A DNA stretch of 64,000 nt from assembly GCA_002104905.1 (NCBI GenBank), contig MCFE01000210.1:62001-126000 (forward strand), in the 5' to 3' direction. The notes beneath the pieces are model-generated. The model saw nothing but the letters and a program-made list of their open reading frames with translations, had not been told where the DNA came from and made no database searches. Position 1 is the stretch's first letter; each line of letters starts with the position of its first letter. Below are positions 63,321 to 64,000 of this stretch, one piece after another. The stretch comes from Basidiobolus meristosporus CBS 931.73. Lineage: Eukaryota; Fungi; Basidiobolomycota. Made by a program: the position numbers and the translations under genes.

Positions 63321-64000
63321 GCGGGATGAAGTATTTAATCACTTTTATTGATGATTATACAAGATACACATGGGTCTACTTCATGGAGAGAAAGGAAGAA
63401 GCTCTGTCTAAGCTAAGGGAGTTTAAAGCCATGGTGGAGAGAGAAACTGGTGAAAAAATCAAGAAAATACGCTCTGACAATGGTGGAGAATATACCTCAA
63501 AACTCTTCATCCACTTCTGCAAAATTCATGGGATAAAGCAAGAGACTAGTGTACCATACTCCCCACAGCAAAATGGAGTAGCAGAACAAGCTAACAGATC
63601 AATGATTGATATGGCAAGATCTATGATCCATGATCAAAAATTATCCTATGATTTTTGGGCGGAATCAGTTGCCACTGCTGTATATCTTAAAAATAGGAGT
63701 TATAACAGAATACTTCGTGATTCTACTCCATTTGAAGCATGGTATGGACACAGACCAAGTGCAGAACATCTAAGAATATTTGGGTGTACAGCATATGCCA
63801 AAAAACTGGCCAGAAATCAGTCAAAATTTGAGCCAAAAAGTGTAAAATGCATATTTTTGGGCTACTGCAATGAGAGTACGGCATACAGACTCTACAATAC
63901 CAAAGCAAAGAAGCTGATCAAGTCCAGGGATGTGTTGTTTGATGAAAATTCAAAATTTTCACAAAAAATGACATCAGATGATGACGAAAATTTGATCTCA

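Larger units (their letters stand above)
40951..64000. mobile_element. Nested transposon island dominated by one Ty1/copia LTR-retrotransposon family
   Basis: Nine copies (one truncated) of a ~350-bp LTR (TGTTGTAA...TTACAACA) in both orientations. gag (KLDGSNYQVWK; CNYCKRKGHTSDRC), protease (WYIDSGASQH), integrase (HSDLCGP; RSDNGGEY), RT (LYVDDL) and RNase H (YSDADW) fragments. No host genes. Confidence 0.97.
60386..64000 (+). mobile_element. Copia copy F (best preserved): 5' LTR 60386-60735, open gag-PR-IN frame, interrupted at 62242-63320, runs off the window
   Basis: Stop-free frame from ATG 60740 to the insertion point. Integrase resumes at 63321. Retains CpGs that other copies have lost. 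Confidence 0.95.

Overview
Eukaryotic (fungal) genomic DNA. The gene set and the short GT-AG introns with micro-exons suggest an early-diverging fungus (Zoopagomycota/Mucoromycota-like; lineage is inferred). The window has two sharply different parts. (1) About 1-40.5 kb is gene-dense with 18 supportable protein-coding genes: ankyrin+DIL protein, ATF6-like membrane-anchored bZIP, SNF1, an orphan ORF, ankyrin+DysF protein, an Ssk2-type MAPKKK with a spliced N-terminal BRCT-like domain, DUG3-type glutamine amidotransferase, OSM1-type fumarate reductase-cytochrome b5, COX VIIc, two Pcl/Pho80-like cyclins, a mitochondrial-type Trm61, PHO8 (with a 1-nt frameshift), an MFS transporter, M17 leucine aminopeptidase, a PPR protein, SNRNP27 and HEM14. 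(2) About 40.95-64 kb is gene-free, AT-rich and CpG-depleted. It is mostly one ~4.7 kb Ty1/copia family (350-bp LTRs, Ty5/copia-type half-tRNAiMet PBS) nested into itself up to three deep with readable target-site duplications, plus CACTA-like transposase remnants and a 1.08-kb solo LTR of another family. Main leads: the ATF6-like factor, the BRCT-Ssk2 fusion, an internally controlled signature of CpG hypermutation, and a self-nesting copia island that may mark heterochromatin or a centromere. No tRNA, rRNA or CRISPR features were recognised. All calls are from reading the sequence; no searches were run.
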